This document shows positions 27,353 to 35,491 of a DNA stretch of 44,277 nt, in pieces. Position 1 is the stretch's first letter, and each line of letters opens with the position of its first letter. This DNA is from Acidimicrobiales bacterium (GTDB lineage: Bacteria > Actinomycetota > Acidimicrobiia > Acidimicrobiales > UBA8190): NCBI GenBank assembly GCA_035622235.1, contig DASPVS010000517.1, positions 1 through 44,277 of the forward strand. The letters are read 5' to 3'. The translations under genes were made by a program, and so were the position numbers. The notes beneath the pieces are model-generated. The model worked only from the letters and a program-made list of their open reading frames with translations. It had not been told where the DNA came from and did not search any database.

Positions 27353-28732
27353 ATGGCGATATCGGGGCGCGTACGGGCTCACCATCTCAGGATGCCTTTT
27401 CGAGCGCTTCTCGTGTGCGTGGCTTTTGCTGGGGCCGCAGGGTTTACTGCGTTTCCGGCAACTGCTTCGGGAAGAGCTCAATCTTCATCTGGAGCTGTGT
27501 CTCTCCATGCGTCGCCAAATGTCATCGGAAGTCAACTCGCCGAGTTCTTTCCAGACCCCCTCGGGGCTGCCTTCTCCCAGTTCGGGTTCTCTGTCGCCAT
27601 CTCGGGCAATACGGCTCTGGTGGGCGACCCTTACTACCCAAATGGGGAGATTGGCGACAGTTGCGCCTGTACAGGCGAAGCGTTGGTCTTCACCAAGTCA
27701 CGCCGCGGATGGACTGAGACCGACCAACTGATCGGCTCCGATAGTGCCGCTGGCGACGATTTCGGGTTTTCTGTTGCGATTTCCGGCGGAATGCTGATAG
27801 TCGGGGCTCCGCACCACCAAGTAGGAACCAACGCGGCTCAGGGCGCGGCGTATGTGTATGTGAATACAAGCAGCGACGGCCTCTGGTCACAAGAGGCAGA
27901 GTTGACCTCCGACATCGGCGGTTTTGGCGGTACGGCAAACGAGGTTTACGGCGCGTCCGTCGCCATTTCGGGTACTTCGGCGATCGTTGGCGCCTTTGGT
28001 GCTTATGTGAGCGGGGTACAGGTTGGCGCCGCCTATGCCTACAATGAAAGCGGCGGGAACTGGCACCCAGACGGTCTTCTCTCGTCTTCAATCCCAGGAA
28101 CTTTCGGTGGATCCGTAGCGATCTCAGGAAAGACAGCGGTCGTGGGCGCACATACTCAACAAGTAGGTAGCAACGGCGGAGAGGGCGCGGCCTATGTTTA
28201 TACCGAGCATCAGGACAGTTGGGCACTCGCTGGGGAACTGACCCCGTCCGATGGTGGAGCGGAGGACAGTTTCGGTTATTCGGTGGCGGTTTCAGGAACA
28301 ACGGTGGTAGTGGGCTCGCCCGACCACCAAGTCGGAGGCAACATCAACCAGGGGTCGGCATATGTGTTCAGCAAATCCGGAAGCGCATGGCCCCAGACAG
28401 CCGAGCTAACAGCATCTCCTGACCCTGCCCCATATCAAAATTTTGGGTGGTCAGTCTCGGTTACCGGCAGTCCGCACCACAGCTATACCGTGCTCGTCTC
28501 GCGAGTCGACATCAAGATTGTATACGTCCCGCCGTGTTGCACCGGATACGTGTACACCGGGACTGGCAATACTTGGACCCCGGCAGCTGAGGTCGAGCCC
28601 TCTGACGCTCAGGCGGCCGATTCGTTCGGTGACTCAGTTTCCGTCTCGGGCACGACAGCCCTCATTGGTGCTGAATTACACCAAGTGGGTAGCGTCCGGG
28701 GCGAAGGAGCAGCCTACGTGTTCTCCTCTTAA
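27353..28732 (+). CDS. Secreted seven-bladed FG-GAP-like beta-propeller protein
   Basis: ATG preceded by AAGGAGG, followed by a signal peptide. Seven repeats of FG(x)SVA(I/V)SG(x)TA(x)VGA...G(A/S)AYV(F/Y). Confidence 0.85.
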   Translation: MAISGRVRAHHLRMPFRALLVCVAFAGAAGFTAFPATASGRAQSSSGAVSLHASPNVIGSQLAEFFPDPLGAAFSQFGFSVAISGNTALVGDPYYPNGEIGDSCACTGEALVFTKSRRGWTETDQLIGSDSAAGDDFGFSVAISGGMLIVGAPHHQVGTNAAQGAAYVYVNTSSDGLWSQEAELTSDIGGFGGTANEVYGASVAISGTSAIVGAFGAYVSGVQVGAAYAYNESGGNWHPDGLLSSSIPGTFGGSVAISGKTAVVGAHTQQVGSNGGEGAAYVYTEHQDSWALAGELTPSDGGAEDSFGYSVAVSGTTVVVGSPDHQVGGNINQGSAYVFSKSGSAWPQTAELTASPDPAPYQNFGWSVSVTGSPHHSYTVLVSRVDIKIVYVPPCCTGYVYTGTGNTWTPAAEVEPSDAQAADSFGDSVSVSGTTALIGAELHQVGSVRGEGAAYVFSS

Positions 28733-28884
28733 CCGATCTTCGTAAGAGGGGTCCGTGGCTCTTAACCCTCGGTCTGTCTTCCACATAGCATTGGCCGTCA
28801 ACATTTCGCACTCGGCTGCCTGCCGCGGTTACCGAACCATGGCAATTCCGAATCGGTCCTTGCACTTAAACGAGGGCGTACTGT

Positions 28885-29002
28885 AAGTGCCGTGGTCGCG
28901 CACCTCGGACTGATGTCGACCCGAGCTGTAACGACACGACCTCAGTGATCCAGCGTGATTTGACCGTCTCCCCCCGATACGGGACGGAACGCACCACCGG
29001 CA
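28885..29002 (+). repeat. Island repeat, copy 6 (subfamily B)
   Basis: AAGTGCCGTGGTCGCGCAC...; GATCC at 28947 (+60); 7-bp hairpin CCGTCTC...GGGACGG; CCGGCA at 28997-29002. Confidence 0.85.
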
Positions 29003-29152
29003 GGGATGCCGAGTGGTCTTAAAGCTCGCCGCCCGGCGCTTTTCGGTTCAGACTGGATGGTGCTCGGCATTTCCTCTACCCCTCGTCCCTTGTCAGCGAG
29101 CGTTGGGCGTTTCGCGGCAGACTTGGAGACGTGGTGCGGGAGCGGAGGATAG

Positions 29153-30520
29153 GTGCCGTTCAGGTCGCGTTTGGGTGCCATGACTGAGCCCCGGCCAGAA
29201 ACTCGATATGCGGCAGTCGGCGAGACCGACGTTGCCTACCAAGTCGTTGGAAATGGCCCGCCGGACCTTCTCTATTTCAGTCCGCTTGGAAACAACATTG
29301 ACCTGATCTGGGACTCACCGGATGCCGCCGAGTTCTTTAATGGGCTGCCATCGTTTTGCAGACTCATTGCGTTCGACCGTCGCGGGACAGGACTATCCGA
29401 CGGCGTAGCCAGAAATGCGATCCCAACCTGGGAGGACCTGAGCGAAGACGTGGGTGCGGTGCTCAACGCGGTCGGAGTGAGGCAAACTGCCATCTTGGCA
29501 ACTGCCGAAACTGGGCCGATGGCCCTCCTTTTCGCTGCCATGCACCCCGATCGGGTCAGCGCTCTCGCACTTGTGAACAGCTACGCGCGCCTCGTTGCGT
29601 CGGACGATTACCCGATCGGCGTCTCGTCGGAACTCTTGGACTCGTTTGTGGAAATGACTCGCACGAAGTGGGGGACTTGGGATTTCGCCCGGCTTGCGAT
29701 TCCCAGCCGGGCTGACGACGTTCAGACGCTCGACCACGTCGCCAAGTCGATGCGCTCGTCGGCGACTCCCCGCAATGCCGCAGCCCAATACAGCTACCTG
29801 ATCAACAATATCGATGCAAGACCGTTCCTGAAGCTCATACAAGTGCCTACTTTGGTGCTCCATATTCGTCATCACTTGCTATGCCCGATATCGCTCGGTC
29901 GTTACCTGGCCGAACACATCGAGGGAGCGAAGTTCGTCGAGCTGCCTGGATCAGACATCGGACTCGCAGGTGAGAACGTCCCGTATATCGCAGAGGAGCT
30001 CGCTGAGTTCTTGACGGGCGAGCGCCCCGTCGAGATCGACCGCGTCCTGACAACAGTCCTCTTCACAGACATCGTCGACTCGACCGGTCTGGCGGCCTCT
30101 TTTGGTGATCGGCGGTGGCGAACACTTCTCGATGCCCACGACCGGGCGGTCAGGGAGCAACTTCGGCGCTTTCGCGGTCGGGAGATCAAGACCACGGGGG
30201 ACGGCTTTCTCGCTTCGTTCGACGGCCCGGCACGGGCGATCCGCTGTGCCCGATCCATCATCGACGCCACTGCGGAACTGAGAATCGGGCTTCGTGCGGG
30301 TCTGCACACCGGAGAGTGCGAGATCCGAGGGGAGGATCTCGGTGGACTGGCCGTTCATATCGCTGCGCGTGTGGGTTCCCTGGCGGGCCCTTGTGAAGTT
30401 CTCGTCTCGGGGACAGTCAAGGACCTTGTCGTTGGATCGGGAGTCGACTTCACCGACAAAGGCGAGCACGAACTCAAGGGGGTCCCGGGTTCGTGGAAGT
30501 TATTCGCTCTGACGGGTTGA
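29153..30520 (+). CDS. Alpha/beta-hydrolase domain fused to a class III adenylate/guanylate cyclase domain (LipJ-like architecture)
   Basis: N-terminal abhydrolase-like half (IAFDRRGTGLSDG). C-terminal cyclase motifs VLFTDIVDSTG...KTTGDGFLASF...GLHTGECE...G..V..AAR. Start is the GTG at 29153 or the ATG at 29180. Confidence 0.85.
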   Translation: MPFRSRLGAMTEPRPETRYAAVGETDVAYQVVGNGPPDLLYFSPLGNNIDLIWDSPDAAEFFNGLPSFCRLIAFDRRGTGLSDGVARNAIPTWEDLSEDVGAVLNAVGVRQTAILATAETGPMALLFAAMHPDRVSALALVNSYARLVASDDYPIGVSSELLDSFVEMTRTKWGTWDFARLAIPSRADDVQTLDHVAKSMRSSATPRNAAAQYSYLINNIDARPFLKLIQVPTLVLHIRHHLLCPISLGRYLAEHIEGAKFVELPGSDIGLAGENVPYIAEELAEFLTGERPVEIDRVLTTVLFTDIVDSTGLAASFGDRRWRTLLDAHDRAVREQLRRFRGREIKTTGDGFLASFDGPARAIRCARSIIDATAELRIGLRAGLHTGECEIRGEDLGGLAVHIAARVGSLAGPCEVLVSGTVKDLVVGSGVDFTDKGEHELKGVPGSWKLFALTG

Positions 30521-30533
30521 CAGAACACGCGAT

Positions 30534-30654
30534 AAGTGCCGGAGTGCGCTATTCGGCCGCTCGGCGTGACCGTCCCATATTCGCGGCGTGGGATGATCCG
30601 GTGCGGTTTCTCCTCTGAGGGCAGGCGCGTGGAGCATTACCGGATCCGGCACTT
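30534..30654 (+). repeat. Island repeat, copy 7 (subfamily C), with perfect 10-bp terminal inverted repeats
   Basis: AAGTGCCGGA (30534-30543) and TCCGGCACTT (30645-30654). GATCC at 30595 (+59). Begins 13 nt after the cyclase stop codon. Confidence 0.85.
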
Positions 30655-30730
30655 CCGGATGGGTCCAATGCGGTCCGGGGGCAGGGGTGCCCCTATCAGA
30701 GGGCTAAGAATTCAGATCACAATTCTGAGC

Positions 30731-31381
30731 GTGCAATCTAGGTGGGGAAAAAGAAGATCGAGACTTCTGATATTGGGCCTCCCCCCACTCACACTCGCCT
30801 TTTTACTGTTTGGTTGTGGAAGTAACGCCAGCCCATCGAGTGGGGCGACGGCGAAAGCGAGCACGTCGTCGTCTACGACCGCATCGACGGCGAGCAGGTC
30901 AATGGCACTGAGCGGTCCCGTCCTAGGTCCAGATGGGCTCGGCGTGGTTGATGTCGGAACTACCCAAGCTGGCGCAGTTGCCACCGTGGTCCGGTACCTG
31001 GGCTCACCCACGAAGACCACGCTGGGCGTCTGCAAAAACACCACTGAGGTGCAATGGAAAGATCTTTCCCTCGAGTTCACGTCGGGGACGCTAACTGGGT
31101 ACCGCTACCTGCGAAATGGCCTGCCCGTTGTTGGCACGTCGGAGCATTCGACTGGCTCCGGTCACCCACTTCTGAAGACGTCCGCTGGAGCAACGCTAGG
31201 TATGACACTGAGTCAGGTGAGGAGTCTTTACCCACCTGAGGATTTCAGCTACGAGCAAGGTGGCGCCATAGTGGTTCCGGGTACCCCGATTGGGAATCGG
31301 CTGTTCCTTGGATTCTTCGCAAGTGATCCGTCGACCCCGCTCTCCGAGATCAAGGGTGGAAGTCCCTGCGGTGATTTCTGA
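30731..31381 (+). CDS. Putative lipoprotein
   Basis: Positively charged n-region, hydrophobic core and lipobox LLFGC (WGKRRSRLLILGLPPLTLAFLLFGCGS), followed by a Ser/Thr/Ala-rich linker. The start (GTG at 30731) is uncertain. Confidence 0.65.
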   Translation: MQSRWGKRRSRLLILGLPPLTLAFLLFGCGSNASPSSGATAKASTSSSTTASTASRSMALSGPVLGPDGLGVVDVGTTQAGAVATVVRYLGSPTKTTLGVCKNTTEVQWKDLSLEFTSGTLTGYRYLRNGLPVVGTSEHSTGSGHPLLKTSAGATLGMTLSQVRSLYPPEDFSYEQGGAIVVPGTPIGNRLFLGFFASDPSTPLSEIKGGSPCGDF

Positions 31382-31410
31382 GTATTGAGCCCACGCGGGT
31401 ACTGCCGAGT

Positions 31411-31440
31411 GCGCGCTTTCGGATGTTGAACGAACCCGGG
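31411..31440 (+). repeat. Island repeat, partial copy (5' module only)
   Basis: TACTGCCGAGTGCGCGCTTTCGG resembles the 5' end of copy 7 (AAGTGCCGGAGTGCGCTATTCGG). The downstream sequence forms other hairpins (AACAAC...GTTGTT, CTCTGG...CCAGAG) and lacks the GATCC and CCGGCA landmarks. Confidence 0.35.
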
Positions 31441-31573
31441 CGCTAACAACAGGGGCGAGCGGTCTTGCGTTGTTGGCCGTCTCTGGCCGACCAGAGGGTG
31501 GTCTCCACATGCAGTTACGGACGGTGTTCCAGAGCCCTCGGGCGCGACCGAGGTCATTGCCCAGGTGGCTCAT

Positions 31574-31981
31574 TCAGTTGGGACCGCTCCCCCGGAGCTG
31601 TCGGTCCGCTGCTTCGGTGGCGAGCCGAGATGCGAGTTGTCGAGAGATCCCGAGCACTCGTCCGATCTCACTTATAGAAGCGCCTTCTTCTTTTCCTAGC
31701 GCGAACAGTGCCAGGCGGAGATTATGACGGGCAGCTTCGAAGTCCTCGATGGCTTCGGTCACCTGTCGACGTTGGCTTGGAATAGCTGTCCCTTGAGAGG
31801 CTGCGATCGCAAGCTCCCCGTTTTCGAGACGCCTTGCTATGACAACCATGGTCTTCTCGTAGCGCCGAAGGCGTTCGCGCAGGAGCGCCGAAGACTCGTT
31901 GAGTTCGGTAATCCGGCGCACCAACTGTCTTCTCTTCCTCGACATAGATCCCCTTCTGAAACGGCTGTTCGCACCAGTCAA
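31574..31981 (-). CDS. Small DNA-binding protein: N-terminal coiled coil plus C-terminal HTH (sigma-70 region-4-like)
   Basis: C-terminal ASISEIGRVLGISRQLASRL is a typical HTH. Basic N-terminus. Alternative start at 31945 (MSRKRRQ). Confidence 0.6.
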   Translation of the reverse strand: MTGANSRFRRGSMSRKRRQLVRRITELNESSALLRERLRRYEKTMVVIARRLENGELAIAASQGTAIPSQRRQVTEAIEDFEAARHNLRLALFALGKEEGASISEIGRVLGISRQLASRLATEAADRQLRGSGPN

Positions 31982-32161
31982 CGGTAGAAGGTCGCAGATG
32001 CGTCAGGACGCGGAACGATCTCCGGCACAGAAGTGGGGGGTTGCCGTGATCGTTCCGCCGATTCCCGCCGTCATTTGGTTTCGAAACAGATGCAGTGGAC
32101 AGGGGGGACCGATCACCACAGCAGTTCGAGAGCGGGGCTCGCACAGACAACCAAGCACATG

Positions 32162-32178
32162 GTTGACGTCCTGTCAAC
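32162..32178. promoter_or_regulatory. Inverted repeat GTTGAC-N5-GTCAAC
   Basis: Perfect 6-bp arms in the 340-nt ORF-poor gap upstream of the HTH gene. Candidate operator. Confidence 0.3.
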
Positions 32179-32323
32179 AGGTGTGGACATCTCAAGACCG
32201 GTCCGTCCAGTAGTCTGGACGCTGACGGGTTTCGGTTGCGAGCTGTCATGATTTCGATCGCTTCACACCTGGGTTGAGGAGATGGCGGATCTCGTAACGG
32301 CCGCGGCACCCTGACCGCACTTG

Positions 32324-32440
32324 AGGTGCCGTGTGAGAACGGTCGCGAATCGCGGAGACCTGCACGGTATTTACACCCCCGAGTGATGCAGAGCGCTCCA
32401 GCTCCCCATGAGGTTCGCATGCCCGCAGCATGAACCGGCA
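32324..32440 (+). repeat. Island repeat, copy 9 (subfamily A)
   Basis: AGGTGCCGTGTGAGAACGG...; GATGC (variant of GATCC) at 32385 (+59); CATGAGG; CCGGCA at 32435-32440. Confidence 0.8.
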
Positions 32441-32678
32441 AAGGAGTCCGGTCGCTGACGGGTGGCGACGAAGGGCCGGTGTCGATGCGCTGCCGGATCA
32501 ATCCATCACCAGGCAGCCCGCGAGGCGCTTCCTCTCTGCGCGTCGGCCGACTTTGGAGTCGCGTCTCCGTTCTCAACTCCTCATGATCCACTCGACGCCC
32601 TGGCGCTGCTTTGGCTTCTTCGAGCAGACTCGTGCCGTGGATGTCGGCGAGATCCACCGGGGCATCCGGAGGTGATAT

Positions 32679-33065
32679 ATGCGCAAGTGGATGCTGTTGA
32701 CCGGAAGTGCCGTCTTGATGGTGACCCTCGCCTCGTCGGGCACTGCGGGAGCCGCCCCGGCGACAGCGGTGCCAAAGCACGTGAAGCCGGGCAGCGTGTG
32801 GACGCTTGAGGTAAGCGGGGGCTACTGCGAGGTGCAGACGTTTCTCGTCGATCACCTGTTCACGGCCAACGTGAACGACGACGCCGGTACGTACACCGGT
32901 GGCGGGAAGAAGATCACCGAGACCTGGACGTCGGGCGGCTTCGCCGGCACGACGGACTCGGGCACATACTTGAAGTCGGCGGGCTACTACCTGGTCGAGC
33001 TCTTCTTGGACGGATCGGAGGTGAACACGGGCGCCCTCGTGCCGGGCGCAGTCTCGCGTTGCTGA
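32679..33065 (+). CDS. Small secreted protein, unknown function
   Basis: ATG preceded by GGAGGTG. Signal peptide MRKWMLLTGSAVLMVTLASSGTAGAAPA. Confidence 0.7.
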   Translation: MRKWMLLTGSAVLMVTLASSGTAGAAPATAVPKHVKPGSVWTLEVSGGYCEVQTFLVDHLFTANVNDDAGTYTGGGKKITETWTSGGFAGTTDSGTYLKSAGYYLVELFLDGSEVNTGALVPGAVSRC

Positions 33066-33113
33066 ACGAGTGAAGCAGCGGTAGCCGTCCGGCACGTTGA
33101 TGTACAGAACAGG

Positions 33114-33146
33114 GAGACGCCCGGCCCACGGTTGGCCGGGCGTCTT
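33114..33146 (+). terminator. Strong GC-rich hairpin, probable intrinsic terminator
   Basis: Perfect 11-bp stem GACGCCCGGCC / GGCCGGGCGTC (33116-33126 and 33134-33144), loop CACGGTT, then TT. It lies 50 nt after the stop at 33065. The U-tract is short, as is common in high-GC genomes. Confidence 0.6.
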
Positions 33147-33288
33147 CGGCGCTGGCGAGCATGCTGGCCGTGCAAGCCACGACACTCCGCGCTCCACCGT
33201 GTAGATATGTTGTGTCAGGGCGGTCAACCCGCTCGGGACACCGGACCCGTATTCGCGGCCCCTGACCGATCCCGGGACCGCACTACTC

Positions 33289-33402
33289 GTGCCGTGCTGC
33301 GCCATCAGGTTCCCGTAGGACCCGTCCCATAACAACGCCGCTAGGCGATCCCGCCGGGATCCGTCGTCATGAGGTTGTACTTAGCAAGCGCGCCCACCGG
33401 CA
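33289..33402 (+). repeat. Island repeat, copy 10
   Basis: GTGCCGTGCTGCG...; GATCC at 33347 (+58); CATGAGG at +79; CCGGCA at 33397-33402. Confidence 0.75.
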
Positions 33403-33576
33403 GACTCGTACGGGTCGGGGTTCGAGAAGGCAGCCTCGAGCGTCGTCGTTACCCGAGCGCTCCCAGGCCGTCGGCCCCTTCTGAGATCCTCTTTCCAAGA
33501 ATTTCGTGGTGGGCAGGCAACCTTTCTGACAGGCAGAGGGGTTTAGAAGGGTGATGGCCATGGGAGAGGACCGCTG

Positions 33577-34167
33577 ATGCCGCCAGTCCGGCGTGGCCAG
33601 AGGCGTGCGGCTTTCGAGCAGTTCGTGACGGAGTCGACCGGCGGTCTGCTCCGAACGGCTTACCTCGTCACCGGCGATGCCGGTCACACAGAGGACCTCG
33701 TTCAAGAGACTCTCATCAAGGTCGCCCGCCGCTGGTCCCGGGTCGACCGAATGGAGAACCCAGAGGCCTACGCACGCAAGATCCTCGTCAACCTGGCGGT
33801 GGACGGCTCCAATCGCCGCTCACGTCATAGGGGTGAGCTTGCGGCGCAGCAACGACCCGACGGGCTTGCTCAGTGCGACCCGCATGCCTCGTGGGGTGTC
33901 CCCGCGCTGGTTGAGGAACGAATGGAGCTGGTTCGAGCCCTGGCTGAGCTGCCACCGCGGCAGCGAGCCGTGTTGGTGCTCCGGTTCTTCCACGACCTCA
34001 GCGAATCGGAGGTCGCATCCACGCTTGGGTGCTCGATCGGGACGGTGAAGAGCACGACATCTCGGGCCCTCGCAAGGATGCGTTCGTTGCTTCCAAATCA
34101 ACGCTCGATGTCGAGCATTGGATTCGAGGTCCTCGCATACACAGAGCGAAAGGCTGGACAAGGATGA
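33577..34167 (+). CDS. ECF (group 4) sigma-70 factor
   Basis: Region 2 (DLVQETLIKVARRW) and region 4 HTH (LSESEVASTLGCSIGTVKSTTSRALARMR). Confidence 0.9.
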   Translation: MPPVRRGQRRAAFEQFVTESTGGLLRTAYLVTGDAGHTEDLVQETLIKVARRWSRVDRMENPEAYARKILVNLAVDGSNRRSRHRGELAAQQRPDGLAQCDPHASWGVPALVEERMELVRALAELPPRQRAVLVLRFFHDLSESEVASTLGCSIGTVKSTTSRALARMRSLLPNQRSMSSIGFEVLAYTERKAGQG

Positions 34168-35063
34168 CCGACCAACTTGAGTCTGAACTTCGGGAGGCGT
34201 TCGCACGTCGCGCCGCCGAGGTCCCCGCCGATGCAGTGGAGCGCCTCCGCCGGGTTGACTATCGGCCACACACGAGGCGTCGTTGGCCATTGACGATCGG
34301 CGCTTTTGGGGCAGCCTCTGGGACGGCCGCAGCGGTGTCTGTCTTGGTACTAGGAGGGTCCCCGGTTGCCTTCGCCGGGTGGACGGCCACGCCCATTTTG
34401 ACCAGCGCCGACCAGAATGGGGCGGCGCCAGGCGACTGTCAGACCCAGCTCGCGACTGCGCCCGGTGGCTCGAGTCCGGGGAGCTGGAGCGAAGTCACCA
34501 CCGACGCGCGCGGTCCATACACCATGACGGTCTACGAGAACGGCAGCAACAGCCTGGCGAGTTGCTTTACGGGGCCGTCGTTCACGACGTTGCAAGTGGA
34601 AACCCTCAACCCGGCATCGGGCGGGGCCAACACCGTATCCGGCGAGATGGCGGTATCGGCGATAGGACAGCGGGCTCCGACGCCGCAGGTCACCAACGCG
34701 GCGGTCCGGCTGTTCTCGGGCGGAGATGTCGAACAGCTCTTGGTAAGCCATCTCTCGCAATCCGCGAACGGCACGTACACGCTGGTCGAGGGCCGCCTCG
34801 AACCGAGTGTCACGGCCGTCACTTTGGTACTCAGCGATGGCCAACAGGTCACCGCCACCGTAGGAAATGGGTGGGCCGTTGCGTGGTGGCCGGGCAATCA
34901 GGACGTGGCATCCGCTCAAACAACCTCAGCGAGTGGCACCGCCATCGTGCCCCTCAAGGTCGCAAACTTCGCTGCGCCTCCACGTCCGGCCGGCAGTACT
35001 GCTGTCCTGACCCACGGGTCTCCCGATGGTCCTTCCCTCAATCAGACGTCCAGCGCGCCCTAG
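34164..35063 (+). CDS. Putative anti-sigma factor (single-pass membrane protein)
   Basis: ATGA start/stop overlap with the sigma gene. Short cytoplasmic N-terminus, one TM helix (WPLTIGAFGAASGTAAAVSVLVLGG) and an extracytoplasmic domain. Confidence 0.7.
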   Translation: MTDQLESELREAFARRAAEVPADAVERLRRVDYRPHTRRRWPLTIGAFGAASGTAAAVSVLVLGGSPVAFAGWTATPILTSADQNGAAPGDCQTQLATAPGGSSPGSWSEVTTDARGPYTMTVYENGSNSLASCFTGPSFTTLQVETLNPASGGANTVSGEMAVSAIGQRAPTPQVTNAAVRLFSGGDVEQLLVSHLSQSANGTYTLVEGRLEPSVTAVTLVLSDGQQVTATVGNGWAVAWWPGNQDVASAQTTSASGTAIVPLKVANFAAPPRPAGSTAVLTHGSPDGPSLNQTSSAP

Positions 35064-35181
35064 CTGCCGGTGCTAGTCGTCCTCGCCAGGGGCCCACGAC
35101 GGGAGGTGACATCCGAAAACTGGTTGATCCCGATCGAATCGTGTATCCAACTGGACCGAGCGCAACGTGCGACGGCATCCG

Positions 35182-35278
35182 GAAGTGCCCGATTCGCGCA
35201 CCCGGTAACGACGCCGTCGAGTGATCCAGCGCGATTGCTCCAACAGAAGGTTGGTTCGGACCGGGGCGCAGACCCGGC
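35182..35278 (+). repeat. Island repeat, copy 11 (short form)
   Basis: AAGTGCCCG...; GATCC at 35222 (only +38, so the 5' half is about 21 nt shorter); CCGGCA at 35273-35278 (+51 from GATCC). The centre, GAGTGATCCAGCGCGATTG, matches subfamily B. Confidence 0.7.
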
Positions 35279-35491
35279 AGTCCTGAGCGTGATCGCCGCG
35301 CCCTTTCACGCGGCCTTACCAGACCCTTTCCGCGCGCAATCAAGATTCATTCTCGCTTTCCTGTTGCGTCACAAGCAGTTCACTTCCAGGAACTATTGAC
35401 GGCTGCATCCAACGGAGCGACTGGCGGGAGCGCATGTTGCACCACGACGCATCGATCTGAGCCTCGCAGCCGCCGTAGAAGGAGGTCAAGC

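Noticed and set aside
31722-33335. 537-aa minus-strand ORF, the longest ORF in the island
   Set aside because: The translation is Arg/Pro/Gly-rich with no motifs, which is typical of an off-frame ORF in GC-rich DNA. It also runs across two well-supported genes with good SD sites (31574-31981 and 32679-33065), a strong terminator hairpin and two repeat copies.
33440-33576. ECF-type promoter upstream of the sigma gene (GGCAAC ... GTTTAG)
   Set aside because: The spacer is about 19 nt rather than 16-17 nt, and the -35 element deviates from GGAAC. This is too weak to annotate.
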